DNA of 64,000 nt from Candidatus Binatia bacterium (lineage in GTDB: Bacteria > Desulfobacterota > Binatia > Bin18): assembly GCA_963666315.2 (NCBI GenBank), contig CAXXHG010000005.1, positions 1-64,000 on the forward strand, read 5' to 3'. This document shows positions 11,063 to 22,242 of this stretch, piece after piece. The notes beneath the pieces are model-generated. The model did not search any database. It was not told the origin of the DNA and was given only the letters and a program-made list of their open reading frames with translations. Both the position numbers and the translations under genes were made by a program. Within the stretch, counting starts at the first letter, position 1. Each line of letters begins with the position of its first letter.

Positions 11063-12433
11063 GTGGCGATACTTGAAGATGCGTTGCGGAAAGTTCCTCC
11101 TCAGAGTTTGGAAGCCGAAGAATCGATTTTAGGTGCTATCCTGCTGGATGCTCATGCCCTGGACCGCGTGATTGAGGTCATGGCTGCGGATGATTTTTAT
11201 CGTGAGACGAACCGGAAAGTTTTCCTGACGATGCTTTCGCTGTCCGAGCGGGGTGAGCCGATTGATTTGATTACATTGACCGACGCCCTCAAAGCACGTG
11301 ACGAGTTGCAACAAATAGGAGGCGCAACCTACCTTGCAGAACTCATTGATAAGGTGCCGAGTGCCGCGAATATCGCCTATTATGCTCGTATCGTGAAAGA
11401 GAAGGCTGTTCTGCGCGGCCTGATTAATGTCTGCGGAGAGATCGTCAGCCGTTGTTACACCGGTCAGGAAGATATCGAACAATTCCTAGACGAAGCCGAG
11501 CGCCTCATCTTTGATGTATCCGAGAAACGGATTCGTCCCGCCTTTTTTAAAGTGGGCGATATGATCATGGATACGATCAAGACGGTTGAGCAGCTATACG
11601 AACGCAAGGAGATGGTGACTGGCGTACCAACTGGTTTTAAGGACCTCGACATGAAAACCGCCGGTTTACAGCCGGCGGACCTGGTCATTATCGCGTCTCG
11701 ACCGAGTATGGGGAAAACCGCGTTCGTTCTGAATATCGCCCAGTATGTGGCGTTACACACGGACACCGCAGTGGGCATTTTTTCAATGGAAATGTCCAAA
11801 GAACAGCTGGTTATGCGTATGCTGTGTTCGGAAGCTCGTGTCGATAATGCCAAGGTACGTGCCGGATATTTGGCAGAACGAGACTTTCCTCGTCTTGCTA
11901 TGGCTGCCGGACGGCTTGCCGACGCGCCCATCTATATTGATGATACACCGGGACAGAATGTGCTTGAAATTCGGGCAAAAGCACGTCGGCTCAAACGAGA
12001 AACCAATCTCGGTATCATTATTATCGATTACCTCCAATTGATGCGCGGACTGGCCTCGCAGGAAAATCGTACCCAGGAACTGGCAGAAATATCGCGTAGT
12101 CTGAAAGCGCTGGCCAAAGAGCTTGAGGTGCCGGTCGTCGCTCTCTCGCAGCTCAACCGTCAGGTTGAATTGCGGGGAGATAAGCGTCCGGTCATGTCGG
12201 ATATTCGTGAATCGGGCTCGATAGAGCAGGATGCCGACGTCATCATGTTCATTTACCGGGATGAGGTCTATCATCCGGAGTCAGATCAGGAGGGGACTGC
12301 AGAGATCATTATCAGCAAGCAGCGTAACGGTCCGATCGGGATGGTCCGCTTAGCCTTCCGCAGTGAATATACGCGTTTTGATAGTTTGGTGGATAATTTT
12401 GGAGAACCGGATGAGGTCGCGGAAGAGGCTTAG
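11063..12433 (+). CDS. dnaB: Replicative DNA helicase
   Basis: PPQSLEAE, Walker A ASRPSMGKT, IIDYLQL, LSQLNR, SGSIEQDAD, KQRNGP; no intein. Confidence 0.98.
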   Translation: MAILEDALRKVPPQSLEAEESILGAILLDAHALDRVIEVMAADDFYRETNRKVFLTMLSLSERGEPIDLITLTDALKARDELQQIGGATYLAELIDKVPSAANIAYYARIVKEKAVLRGLINVCGEIVSRCYTGQEDIEQFLDEAERLIFDVSEKRIRPAFFKVGDMIMDTIKTVEQLYERKEMVTGVPTGFKDLDMKTAGLQPADLVIIASRPSMGKTAFVLNIAQYVALHTDTAVGIFSMEMSKEQLVMRMLCSEARVDNAKVRAGYLAERDFPRLAMAAGRLADAPIYIDDTPGQNVLEIRAKARRLKRETNLGIIIIDYLQLMRGLASQENRTQELAEISRSLKALAKELEVPVVALSQLNRQVELRGDKRPVMSDIRESGSIEQDADVIMFIYRDEVYHPESDQEGTAEIIISKQRNGPIGMVRLAFRSEYTRFDSLVDNFGEPDEVAEEA

Positions 12434-12441
12434 GTAGACGG

Positions 12442-13068
12442 CTAGAGTCGTTGGAGTATGGCTTCCACTCTGTGCTGAATGTTTGGCGCGAGGACAATGT
12501 CGCTGATCATGGCGACCGCGTCTGCACCGGCCTCAAGCGCTGACGGCGCGCGCGCAGGGGTGATTCCCCCAATTGCAATAATCGGCAGACTGACGAGCCT
12601 GCGGACCTGCCGGAGTTGATCCAGGCCGCGCGGCGTATAACCGGTGGCTTTTGTAGTCGTGCCGAATAGTGGCCCGAACCCGATATAGTCAGCCCCAGCG
12701 TGCGCTGCCGCCAGCGCTTGCTGAGGGTCATGGGTCGAGACGCCGATAATTTTTTCCCGCCCGAGCACTTTGCGTGTAGCGGCGAGGGGCATATCGTCTT
12801 GACCCACATGCACCCCATCGGCATCAATCGCCCGCGCAATATCCACACGATCATTAATGATGAGCAGACACCCGTGCTGCTGACAGATCTGTTGCACTTC
12901 TTTGGCAAGAGATAAAAAGTCTTGTATTGAATGCTGCTTGACCCGGAGCTGGAGAAGTCGGACGCCGCCGGCACACAGCTGCTGGGTCAGTGTCTGGAAC
13001 GATACGTCCGGCTGGCTCAGTGTGTCTGCGATAGCATAGAGTGGATTTGGGACGGAAAAAGCAGCCAT
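12442..13068 (-). CDS. thiE: Thiamine-phosphate synthase
   Basis: LQLRVK, IINDRVD, GVHVGQDD, GVSTH, YIGFGP, AIGGIT. Confidence 0.95.
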   Translation of the reverse strand: MAAFSVPNPLYAIADTLSQPDVSFQTLTQQLCAGGVRLLQLRVKQHSIQDFLSLAKEVQQICQQHGCLLIINDRVDIARAIDADGVHVGQDDMPLAATRKVLGREKIIGVSTHDPQQALAAAHAGADYIGFGPLFGTTTKATGYTPRGLDQLRQVRRLVSLPIIAIGGITPARAPSALEAGADAVAMISDIVLAPNIQHRVEAILQRL

Positions 13069-13070
13069 TG

Positions 13071-14492
13071 CTATTTTTTGATGGAAATCTTCAGATCTGT
13101 CATTTTTTTTCGCAAGGTGTTGCGATCAATACCGAGTAGCTCTGCTGCTTTCAGCTGATTGCCGCGGGTATGCTCCAAGACCATCTCGATGAGCGGTTTC
13201 TCTACTTGGCTCATGATTCTGGCATACAAATCGCCTGATTCCAGTAACGAAGTCTGCTGCAGGAAGGTCTCAAGTTTGCGTCGGACCGTTTCCTCAAACG
13301 ACAGGTCTGTCAAGTCGGCAGGCAGGGGGTGGCCTACCGACGGGAGGGATAAGTCGTCTGGGGTCAGGACAGGACCTGGGCTCAGTACGGCTGCTCGTAA
13401 TAAGGTATTTTCAAGCTCACGCACGTTTCCCGGCCAGGCGTAATTCATGAGGACAGCTTGGGCTTCTGGTGAAACACGAGTAGCCGCAGTTTCCATTTCC
13501 CGGTGTATTCTGTCGAGAAAGTAACGAATCAGCTCGGGCATATCCTCGCGTCGCTGACGCAGCGGCGGCAGCGTGATCGGTACGACCTGAAGGCGGAAAT
13601 AGAGATCTTCGCGAAAACGTTGTTCCTTCACCGCAGCGGTCAGATCTTGATTGGTCGCGGCGATGATGCGGATATCTGCCCTGATTGTCTCGCGTCCACC
13701 AACGCGGGTAAATTCGCGTTCTTGGAGGATACGCAAAAGTTTTGCCTGGAGTGGGAGCGGCATGTCGCCGACCTCGTCAAGGAAGAGTGTACCTCCCGCT
13801 GCCTGCTCAAACTTGCCGGCATGCCGTTCAAATGCACCGGTGAAGGCTCCCCGTTCATGGCCGAATAGTTCACTTTCTAATAGGTCGAGTGGAATGGCTG
13901 AGCAATTGATAGCTATAAAAGGGGCGCGCCAGCGTGCCGAGTGATGATGGATAACTTGTGCAACGAGCTCCTTGCCTGTTCCGCTCTCTCCCTGAAGCAG
14001 CACGGTTGCGTCACTTTTGACGATGCGACCAATGGTTTTATACACCTGCTGCATGGCCGCCCCACTCCCAATAATCTGCTCGTTGCGCCCTTGGACGGCC
14101 GGCAGGGGCTGCGCGACGGTGAGTCGCCTCGCTTCTAATGCCCGCGAGGCTAGCGCTTGTACGTCGTTCAGGTCAAACGGCTTTGGCAAATAGTCAAACG
14201 CTCCCCGTTTCATGGCCTCAATCGCATTCGTCAGCGTTGTTTGAGCAGTCATAATGATGACTGAAGTTTCCATGTGGGTTTCCTGAACCTTATGCAGCAG
14301 GTCCAATCCGCTCAGCTCCGGCATGCGAATGTCAATAAAGGCGAGGTCGAAAGGTCGGTTTTGTAACAATGCCCAGGCCTGTGCCCCGGTCTCTACCGCC
14401 TCGACCTGGTAACCCCGTCGGCTCAACGTATCGACGAGAACGCGCCGGATCAGCTCTTCGTCGTCAGCAACGAGAATGGTACCGTTCGCCAT
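13071..14492 (-). CDS. NtrC-family sigma-54 response regulator
   Basis: Receiver domain (DDE, DIRMP), GESGTGKE, GAFTGA, WPGNVRELEN, Fis HTH (GNQLKAAELLGIDRNTLRKK). Confidence 0.93.
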   Translation of the reverse strand: MANGTILVADDEELIRRVLVDTLSRRGYQVEAVETGAQAWALLQNRPFDLAFIDIRMPELSGLDLLHKVQETHMETSVIIMTAQTTLTNAIEAMKRGAFDYLPKPFDLNDVQALASRALEARRLTVAQPLPAVQGRNEQIIGSGAAMQQVYKTIGRIVKSDATVLLQGESGTGKELVAQVIHHHSARWRAPFIAINCSAIPLDLLESELFGHERGAFTGAFERHAGKFEQAAGGTLFLDEVGDMPLPLQAKLLRILQEREFTRVGGRETIRADIRIIAATNQDLTAAVKEQRFREDLYFRLQVVPITLPPLRQRREDMPELIRYFLDRIHREMETAATRVSPEAQAVLMNYAWPGNVRELENTLLRAAVLSPGPVLTPDDLSLPSVGHPLPADLTDLSFEETVRRKLETFLQQTSLLESGDLYARIMSQVEKPLIEMVLEHTRGNQLKAAELLGIDRNTLRKKMTDLKISIKK

Positions 14493-14497
14493 ACGTA

Positions 14498-15730
14498 TTA
14501 CGCTGGAGGCACGGGCAAATAGACGTGGAAGCAGGTTCCTTGGGCTGGATCGCTTTCTACCCGAATGGTGCCTCCATGTTGGGCAATGATCTGCTGACTA
14601 ATGGGCAAGCCCAGACCCGTTCCGTGACTCTTTGTTGTAAAGAGCGGAGTGAAGAGGTGGGGGAGATGGTCAGGGGCAATCCCTGGTCCGTTATCAGCAA
14701 AATCGACGCATAGGAAACGGCCCCAATCGCGTTTGTCCTGAAGCGTCTGCCTTTCTGCGCCTTGTTGTTGTGGACGTCTGTCGGGTGCAGGGGCTGTTCC
14801 TGGTTGGGGCGGTTGAGGACGATCTTCCGGAGACCGTAAGAGGTGAAAGTCGGTTGCCATGCGGGTGGCAATCCTCAGAACTCCCCCGCGCCGTCCGTTT
14901 AAGGATTGGAGACTGTTTTTCATCAAATTTCGAAAGACTTGGGCCAGCCGGGATTCATCACCAAAGATCGTGGGCAGACTGGGATCAAAATGCGTCTGGA
15001 CTGTCACCCCTTTCGGAGCAGCTTCTTGTTCAAGTAGCAGGACATCCGTGAGGGTTTTATGAATATTGACCAATTGTAGATCAAGTTGGGGACGGGCCGA
15101 TAATTGCAAGAGTTGTTCGAGCAGGGTACTCAGGCGATCAATATCGCGAATCATTGCGGTTGTATACTGAACGGCTGATTGATCAGTCTTGAGCCGAGAC
15201 TGGAGAAGTTGGGTAGCGCCTCGAATGCCTGCCAAAGGGTTCTTGATTTCGTGGGCCAGGCCAGCCGCGAGAATGCCAAGAGAGGCGAGGCGGTCCTCTC
15301 GTTGTTCCTCCTCAGCAAGCTCTTTCCGGTAGCTCAGGTCGTGCAGGACGAGGACGAATCCGAGCAGCGTGTCAACTTTTTCGAGAATGGGGGAGCACGT
15401 CACCCGTACAGGAATGACACGCTGGAGGCGGTCTCGCAGCTCTCCTTCTCCAGCCGTGCGGCTATAGCCAGACGCCCGCGCGCGCTGGACAAGGTCGATA
15501 ATCCATGGGCTTGCAGCAAAAATAAGGTCGTACGGCCTTCCCCAGACCTGCGTTTGTGAGCAACTCGTCAGTGACTCAGCCGCTGCATTAAAGAATACGA
15601 TATTTTGCTGATGGTCGATGATCACCAGGCCTTCTTCTAGGTAGGTTGCAATGTGCTCCCAGTAGTCTGAAGGAAAGTCTGATAGAGGGAGAGTTGATTT
15701 GTGTATTTGTTGGGACACTCTAGCTCCCAT
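14498..15730 (-). CDS. NtrB-like PAS histidine kinase
   Basis: PAS domain, LAHEIKNPL H-box, DNGPGI, FTTK, GTGLGL; start at ATG 15730 is uncertain. Confidence 0.9.
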   Translation of the reverse strand: MGARVSQQIHKSTLPLSDFPSDYWEHIATYLEEGLVIIDHQQNIVFFNAAAESLTSCSQTQVWGRPYDLIFAASPWIIDLVQRARASGYSRTAGEGELRDRLQRVIPVRVTCSPILEKVDTLLGFVLVLHDLSYRKELAEEEQREDRLASLGILAAGLAHEIKNPLAGIRGATQLLQSRLKTDQSAVQYTTAMIRDIDRLSTLLEQLLQLSARPQLDLQLVNIHKTLTDVLLLEQEAAPKGVTVQTHFDPSLPTIFGDESRLAQVFRNLMKNSLQSLNGRRGGVLRIATRMATDFHLLRSPEDRPQPPQPGTAPAPDRRPQQQGAERQTLQDKRDWGRFLCVDFADNGPGIAPDHLPHLFTPLFTTKSHGTGLGLPISQQIIAQHGGTIRVESDPAQGTCFHVYLPVPPA

Positions 15731-15800
15731 CTCAAACCTTGTTTTTCTTGTCAAGACGGGGTTGCCAAACTGTGTAAGTGCTGGATATGCTAGGCACCGC

Positions 15801-16076
15801 ATGCGAAATCCAGAAGCACTGTGCCGTTATACCGCTCAGATCTTAGTGGAAACGTTGTGTGCGAAGGGGATGGTGCGCCTTGGTGGGGAAAGACACAGCG
15901 TCACGGACAAGGTTGCGGCCGCATTGATAGAGAATTTTCGGCAAGAAGCAGCTCTAGAAAAAGAAGCCGAACGCTTAGCAGAGGAGCATGCTCAGGAATC
16001 GCCGGGCGCTGATCAATATAAGGTAGTACAGCTCATCAAGAGGCGATTGGCAGAAGAAAATGATTTTGCGCTATGA
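15801..16076 (+). CDS. DUF507-family protein
   Basis: Short helical protein ending IKRRLAEENDFAL; tandem DUF507-like pair. Confidence 0.7.
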   Translation: MRNPEALCRYTAQILVETLCAKGMVRLGGERHSVTDKVAAALIENFRQEAALEKEAERLAEEHAQESPGADQYKVVQLIKRRLAEENDFAL

Positions 16077-16342
16077 GCGGGCTGTCCGAAATCCGCATTA
16101 CCGCGCTTGCTCGTCTCACGCTCCGGACCATAGCTACAGAAGGCGAGATCCTGAATCAACGCGGAGCGCTTGTTGAGAGTAAACGCGTATTGGGAGCCCA
16201 TTTTCAACAAGGCGAGGCAATCGATGCAATGGTTCGGCGGAAAATTGCTTCCCTCTCTCGTAAAGTCGTACCGGGAAGTACGGAATGGGACGTCTTGTAT
16301 CGGCGTTATTGTGAAGAAGAAGCTCGGAAGCGAAAATTCTGA
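16073..16342 (+). CDS. DUF507-family protein
   Basis: VRRKIASLSRKVVPGSTEWDVLYRRYCEEE motif; ATGA overlap with the previous gene. Confidence 0.8.
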   Translation: MSGLSEIRITALARLTLRTIATEGEILNQRGALVESKRVLGAHFQQGEAIDAMVRRKIASLSRKVVPGSTEWDVLYRRYCEEEARKRKF

Positions 16343-16352
16343 GCGATCACGC

Positions 16353-16380
16353 TTGACAACACAAAAAGAGTGATTAATTT
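16353..16380 (+). promoter_or_regulatory. Putative sigma-70 promoter of groESL
   Basis: Perfect TTGACA at 16353 and TAATTT 16 nt downstream. Confidence 0.45.
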
Positions 16381-16463
16381 TCCCCCATCTTTTGGAGGAG
16401 GAAACGCTCCTACAGAGAGAAATTCACAGTAAAGAAACGCTCGTTGGAGAAAGGAGAAGAGGT

Positions 16464-16754
16464 ATGAAAATTCGACCTCTACAGGATCGGATTATTGTGT
16501 TGCGGATTGCGGAAGAAGAGAAGACCGCTGGTGGGATCATCATTCCGGATACCGCAAAGGAAAAACCCCAAGAGGGCAAAGTGACTGCAGTTGGCAAGGG
16601 AAAGGTTGGAGACGATGGGAAGGTCACCCCGCTCGATGTGAAAAAGGGCGACAAAGTGCTCTTTGGCAAATATGCCGGCACGGAGATCAAGATTGACGGT
16701 GAGGAGCACCTGATCATGCGTGAGGATGATATCCTCGGCGTGATTGAAGGGTAG
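16464..16754 (+). CDS. groES: Co-chaperonin GroES
   Basis: [28 protein letters not shown]. Confidence 0.98.
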   Translation: MKIRPLQDRIIVLRIAEEEKTAGGIIIPDTAKEKPQEGKVTAVGKGKVGDDGKVTPLDVKKGDKVLFGKYAGTEIKIDGEEHLIMREDDILGVIEG

Positions 16755-16767
16755 TCCGGTGTATTAA

Positions 16768-18447
<1,680 letters not shown>

Positions 18448-18480
18448 ACGCCGGTACATTGGGTTTATTGGTTTGGTAAT

Positions 18481-18512
18481 AAAAAAGGCCCTGCGAGAAG
18501 CAGGGCCTTTTT
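18481..18512. terminator. Bidirectional intrinsic terminator
   Basis: AAAAAAGGCCCTGC-GAGAA-GCAGGGCCTTTTT between convergent groEL and npdG. Confidence 0.9.
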
Positions 18513-18540
18513 ATGTGTACGAAGTCGAAATCTGGTCAGC

Positions 18541-19194
18541 CTACCGCCCAGACAGTCCCGTAATCCGAATACCGGCTGAGTGAACCTTGTTCCTGATATT
18601 CAGGCGAATGAGGAGAGCGGTGAGAGGTTCAATCAAACTCGCCGCCGCGAGGGGGCCGACGTCCACAGTATGGATGCCGAGCTTTTCGACCAATTCAATG
18701 ACTGTTGGTCTGGCATCTTTGTCTCCGCAAATCAAAACATCGCAATCAATTTCTGCCTTTATATCGCGCAGAAGGTAAGCAGAAATATTCTGCAGCGCAC
18801 ATACGACCTGCACGTCGTCTCCCAGGATATGCTTGGCCTCTTCCGCGGCTGAGCCTGCTGCCGGCATTATAACCCGGCGTGCGTCGTCAGGATCAAGCGG
18901 GACCGACACGTCCACAAAAATCTTGCCTTTGAGCTGATCTTTGACCGACTCTACCGTCTTCACGTGGGCTGAGTACGGGACCGTAATAAAAACGACATCG
19001 GCTTCTGCCGCGGCAGTTACATTGTCTGTCCCGCGCAGCAGGTTCTGACCGAGTTCCTGGTTGAGCTCGGTAGCAACCCGTTCCCCTTTTTCCTGTTGGC
19101 GTGAGCCAATAATGACCTCTTGTCCCGAGCGCGCCCAGCGTAGGGCGAGGCCCGGACCTTGTTCTCCCGTTCCTCCCAAGATGGCAATCTTCAC
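18541..19194 (-). CDS. npdG: NADPH-dependent F420 reductase
   Basis: IAILGGTGEQGPGLALRW, IIGSR, VDVSVPL, GSAAE, AGIRITGL; GTG start with AGGAG RBS. Confidence 0.88.
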   Translation of the reverse strand: MKIAILGGTGEQGPGLALRWARSGQEVIIGSRQQEKGERVATELNQELGQNLLRGTDNVTAAAEADVVFITVPYSAHVKTVESVKDQLKGKIFVDVSVPLDPDDARRVIMPAAGSAAEEAKHILGDDVQVVCALQNISAYLLRDIKAEIDCDVLICGDKDARPTVIELVEKLGIHTVDVGPLAAASLIEPLTALLIRLNIRNKVHSAGIRITGLSGR

Positions 19195-19229
19195 GCTTGC
19201 TCTCCTCTCTTGCTTGCAATACGATTTTT

Positions 19230-20885
19230 TCACTGGCCGTTGCCAACCGAGGCCTTAATATACTTTTCCGTTATCGGAGATAAGTCGCGCGGCGGAACCA
19301 TAATCTCAATGACGAGAAAAGACGAGGTCTGGTCGGCTTCTAATAATGCGAGGCGCAGTTCTTTTACGGTATACACCTGTAAGCCTTTTCCGCCCCAAGC
19401 CTCGGCAAGCTTGGCGTACGGCCAAGGCGGGGTGGTCAATAAGTCCTGGCGTTCTGCAACGGGCCGAAAAATGCCCCATCCGCCGTTATTCATGACAAGG
19501 ACAATGGGGTTTAAATGGTGCCGGGGCGCATGCGAAATTTCCGGACCAGTCATCTGGAAGGCTCCATCTCCACACAACACAAGCGGCCGCTGACCCGTTC
19601 CGATCTGGGCGCCAAGCGCGCCAGGGACACCAAAACCCATCGACGCATAATACTCTTGGGCGAGATAAGTGCCGCGCTGACCGACTTTAATGTCGAGGCC
19701 GGCAAACGGCATATCGCCGGCTTCTGCCACGACCATATATCCTTTGCGTCCGTCAAGGAATTTATTGACCTCCCATAACATGTTGGAGACATGGATAGGT
19801 CGGTCCTCTCCTGGGGGTTGCGGATCTAGATTATCACAGTAAGCGATCTCTTCTCGATGCTTTGTCAGTGGCGCCTGCAGTAGCCCCGTGACGTAATCAT
19901 GGAGCACAACGTCGGTATACGTATGAAAACTGATATGGACTTTGTTTTCTGCCGCCCAGATCGATTTGTCTCTGTGGATATATTGGGGCTGCGAGCCAAG
20001 ATTCATATCAGTCAGGAGGGCCCCGAGGTGAATGACGAGATCAGCTTCCTCAATGCGCTGGCGAATAGGAGTGGGAGAAATAGCGCCAATATGAACGCCC
20101 ATATATTGGGGGTGATCCATAGGGAACGCACCTTTTGCGAGGACTGTCGTCAGGCAAGGCACCCCCATCTTTTCGACCAGAGCGATGACGTCTGTCGTGA
20201 GTTTATGCCGGAAGGTTTCAATACCGACAATAACAGCCGGCTTGCGGGCTGCCTGAAAACGCTCGGCCGTGTCGCGGACATCTTCCTCTACTTTTCTAGC
20301 ATCGGAGCTTGCCTCGGAAAAGATGCCATCCCACTCGCTGATATGGTCGGGGACGGCAATCTCACACTCGACCATGTCTTGATGGATTTCGATGTAGCCT
20401 GGCTGCTGATAGCGCCAGATATTCTGTACTACCTCGTCGATATCTGTGGCTGCGGTACGAGGGTCATCGATAATTTTGGCGGAACAGGTAATTTCTTGAA
20501 AGATGTGGAACTGGGATTCGATTTCTTTAGCCTGATGGTGGATGAGGACTCCCAGCTTCCGTTTTTCCTCGCCCGGGCCACCGCTTACGACTAAGATCGG
20601 AACGCGTTCGGAAAAGGAACCGGCAACTGTGTTGACGACGTTATGTCCCCCTGCTCCATATGTCACGCATAAGACGCCGATTTTTCCCGTGGCCTGGGCG
20701 TATCCATAGACGGCAAACCCGGCGCCAGGTTCATGCGAAGCGGTAATGACCTGCATATTATGAGGCTTACCGAATTTCATAAAGAGCTGGATGACCAAAT
20801 CGCCGGGGATACCAAAGAGATGACTGACGCCGATCTTGCGCAAATACGCGACCAGGTAGCTCCCGAGCTGCATATGCGCTTTCAT
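19230..20885 (-). CDS. ThDP-dependent 2-oxo-acid decarboxylase (indolepyruvate/phenylpyruvate decarboxylase family)
   Basis: FGIPGD, HEPGAGF, VTYGAGG, HHQ, GDGAFQMTG...MNNGGWG. Confidence 0.88.
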   Translation of the reverse strand: MKAHMQLGSYLVAYLRKIGVSHLFGIPGDLVIQLFMKFGKPHNMQVITASHEPGAGFAVYGYAQATGKIGVLCVTYGAGGHNVVNTVAGSFSERVPILVVSGGPGEEKRKLGVLIHHQAKEIESQFHIFQEITCSAKIIDDPRTAATDIDEVVQNIWRYQQPGYIEIHQDMVECEIAVPDHISEWDGIFSEASSDARKVEEDVRDTAERFQAARKPAVIVGIETFRHKLTTDVIALVEKMGVPCLTTVLAKGAFPMDHPQYMGVHIGAISPTPIRQRIEEADLVIHLGALLTDMNLGSQPQYIHRDKSIWAAENKVHISFHTYTDVVLHDYVTGLLQAPLTKHREEIAYCDNLDPQPPGEDRPIHVSNMLWEVNKFLDGRKGYMVVAEAGDMPFAGLDIKVGQRGTYLAQEYYASMGFGVPGALGAQIGTGQRPLVLCGDGAFQMTGPEISHAPRHHLNPIVLVMNNGGWGIFRPVAERQDLLTTPPWPYAKLAEAWGGKGLQVYTVKELRLALLEADQTSSFLVIEIMVPPRDLSPITEKYIKASVGNGQ

Positions 20886-21032
20886 GGCACCTCCCTTCAA
20901 TCCTATCGGCCCTATTGTACCAGACTCATACGGAGGACAAGTGATACTGCGGATCAGAGCATGGAACGACTGTTCTCCAATATCAAAAAGATCAAAGAAG
21001 CACGGTCTGTGGGTGATGACAGGAAGAGACGA

Positions 21033-21935
21033 CTATCCAAAAAATTCTTCAACACTGACTGAAACAACAGGGATACTCTGGACCGCATTATTCCGAAAGA
21101 CGCGAAATAATACGGTTTCTCCTGCAGGGCGACTCCAGAGTTGCTGATACAGTGCACGACGATCAGTCAGTTCTTTTTCGTCCAGAGCGAGGACGACATC
21201 ACCGGCTTTCAGGCCGGCCTTTGCCCCAGGACCGTCCGGCAAAAGACCGGCAATCACAATATGCCCTTTGAGCGGATACGAGTACATGCCGATCCAGGCT
21301 CGCGACGAACGAGTCACCCGCCGACCATAGCGCAAGAGTTCGTCCTTATGATCCGTGAAATATTCGACCGGAATGGCGAGAGAGAACTTGCCAATTTCAT
21401 TTGGGCTCAGTGAAACAACGCCGACCATACGGCCATACATATCGAACATCGAACCGCCGCCCAGACCCGGGTTCATCGCCGTACTCGTTAAAGCCCGCTC
21501 CAAGCTATACTCCCAGTATGCATCAAAATGGGACACTGAGGTCAGTCCGCCGCCATCGATGCGTCTGCCGTTTTCTTCTCCTGAACTTGCGACAAGAAAG
21601 ACCTCATCCCCCGTCCGAAGTCCAGCGGAAGACTGGAGTGGGAGGGCAGGAAATCCGGTTTTCGAGACCTTCAGCACGGCAATGCCACTGGCAAAATCCT
21701 GAGCAACGACTTCAGCGTCGAGTTGTGTGTTGTCTGCCATACTGACCTTCACACTCGATGCGCCAATAACGATATAGTTGACGGTTAAAATATAACCGTC
21801 TGTATCAATAACAGCGCCTGACCCCATGCGCTCGGTTCCTAACAGTTGGGCAGATCTATGCTGTGAAGGAACGGTGACCCTGATGGTAACTGTTGACGGG
21901 ATGACTTGCTCAATAAGCTTGACCGAAGCGTTCAC
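21033..21935 (-). CDS. S1C trypsin-like protein with PDZ domain, non-canonical catalytic triad
   Basis: GSGAVID..GYILTV, C-terminal PDZ (AGLKAGDVV); catalytic His and Ser positions substituted. Confidence 0.85.
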   Translation of the reverse strand: MNASVKLIEQVIPSTVTIRVTVPSQHRSAQLLGTERMGSGAVIDTDGYILTVNYIVIGASSVKVSMADNTQLDAEVVAQDFASGIAVLKVSKTGFPALPLQSSAGLRTGDEVFLVASSGEENGRRIDGGGLTSVSHFDAYWEYSLERALTSTAMNPGLGGGSMFDMYGRMVGVVSLSPNEIGKFSLAIPVEYFTDHKDELLRYGRRVTRSSRAWIGMYSYPLKGHIVIAGLLPDGPGAKAGLKAGDVVLALDEKELTDRRALYQQLWSRPAGETVLFRVFRNNAVQSIPVVSVSVEEFFG

Positions 21936-22171
21936 ACTGTCCTCTTTTAGGCTATAAAAGTCCACCAAACCTAATGCCTTGCCTGGATGAAAGCAAGCCC
22001 GGATATAAAGAGCAGCAGAGTGTCATTTTTTTGGCGGAATGTTACTTTTTTGCCGCCCATTATTTTGATGCTCTCTTTTCTTCTGAAACAACTACCATGC
22101 TGGATGGCGATAAACCCCTATTCTCTATGTAAAATTTCAATAAGTAAGAGATTCGAAGAGATATAGACCTC

Positions 22172-22188
22172 TTGGCCTAAAGTTTGCT
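22172..22188 (+). promoter_or_regulatory. Putative sigma-54 (-24/-12) promoter
   Basis: TTGGC-CTAAAGT-TTGCT with canonical GG-N10-GC spacing, 54 nt upstream of ORF 22243. Confidence 0.6.
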
Positions 22189-22242
22189 GAATTATTTAAC
22201 GGCTCCCAAAGCAAGAGGAAGGAAAAGCTGTCTAGTCGTACC

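Noticed and set aside
19230-20885. Decarboxylase as a pseudogene (GFAVYGYAQ instead of GFAADGYAR)
   Set aside because: Frame is intact, and the ThDP-binding motif and catalytic Glu are retained; decay cannot be shown without an alignment
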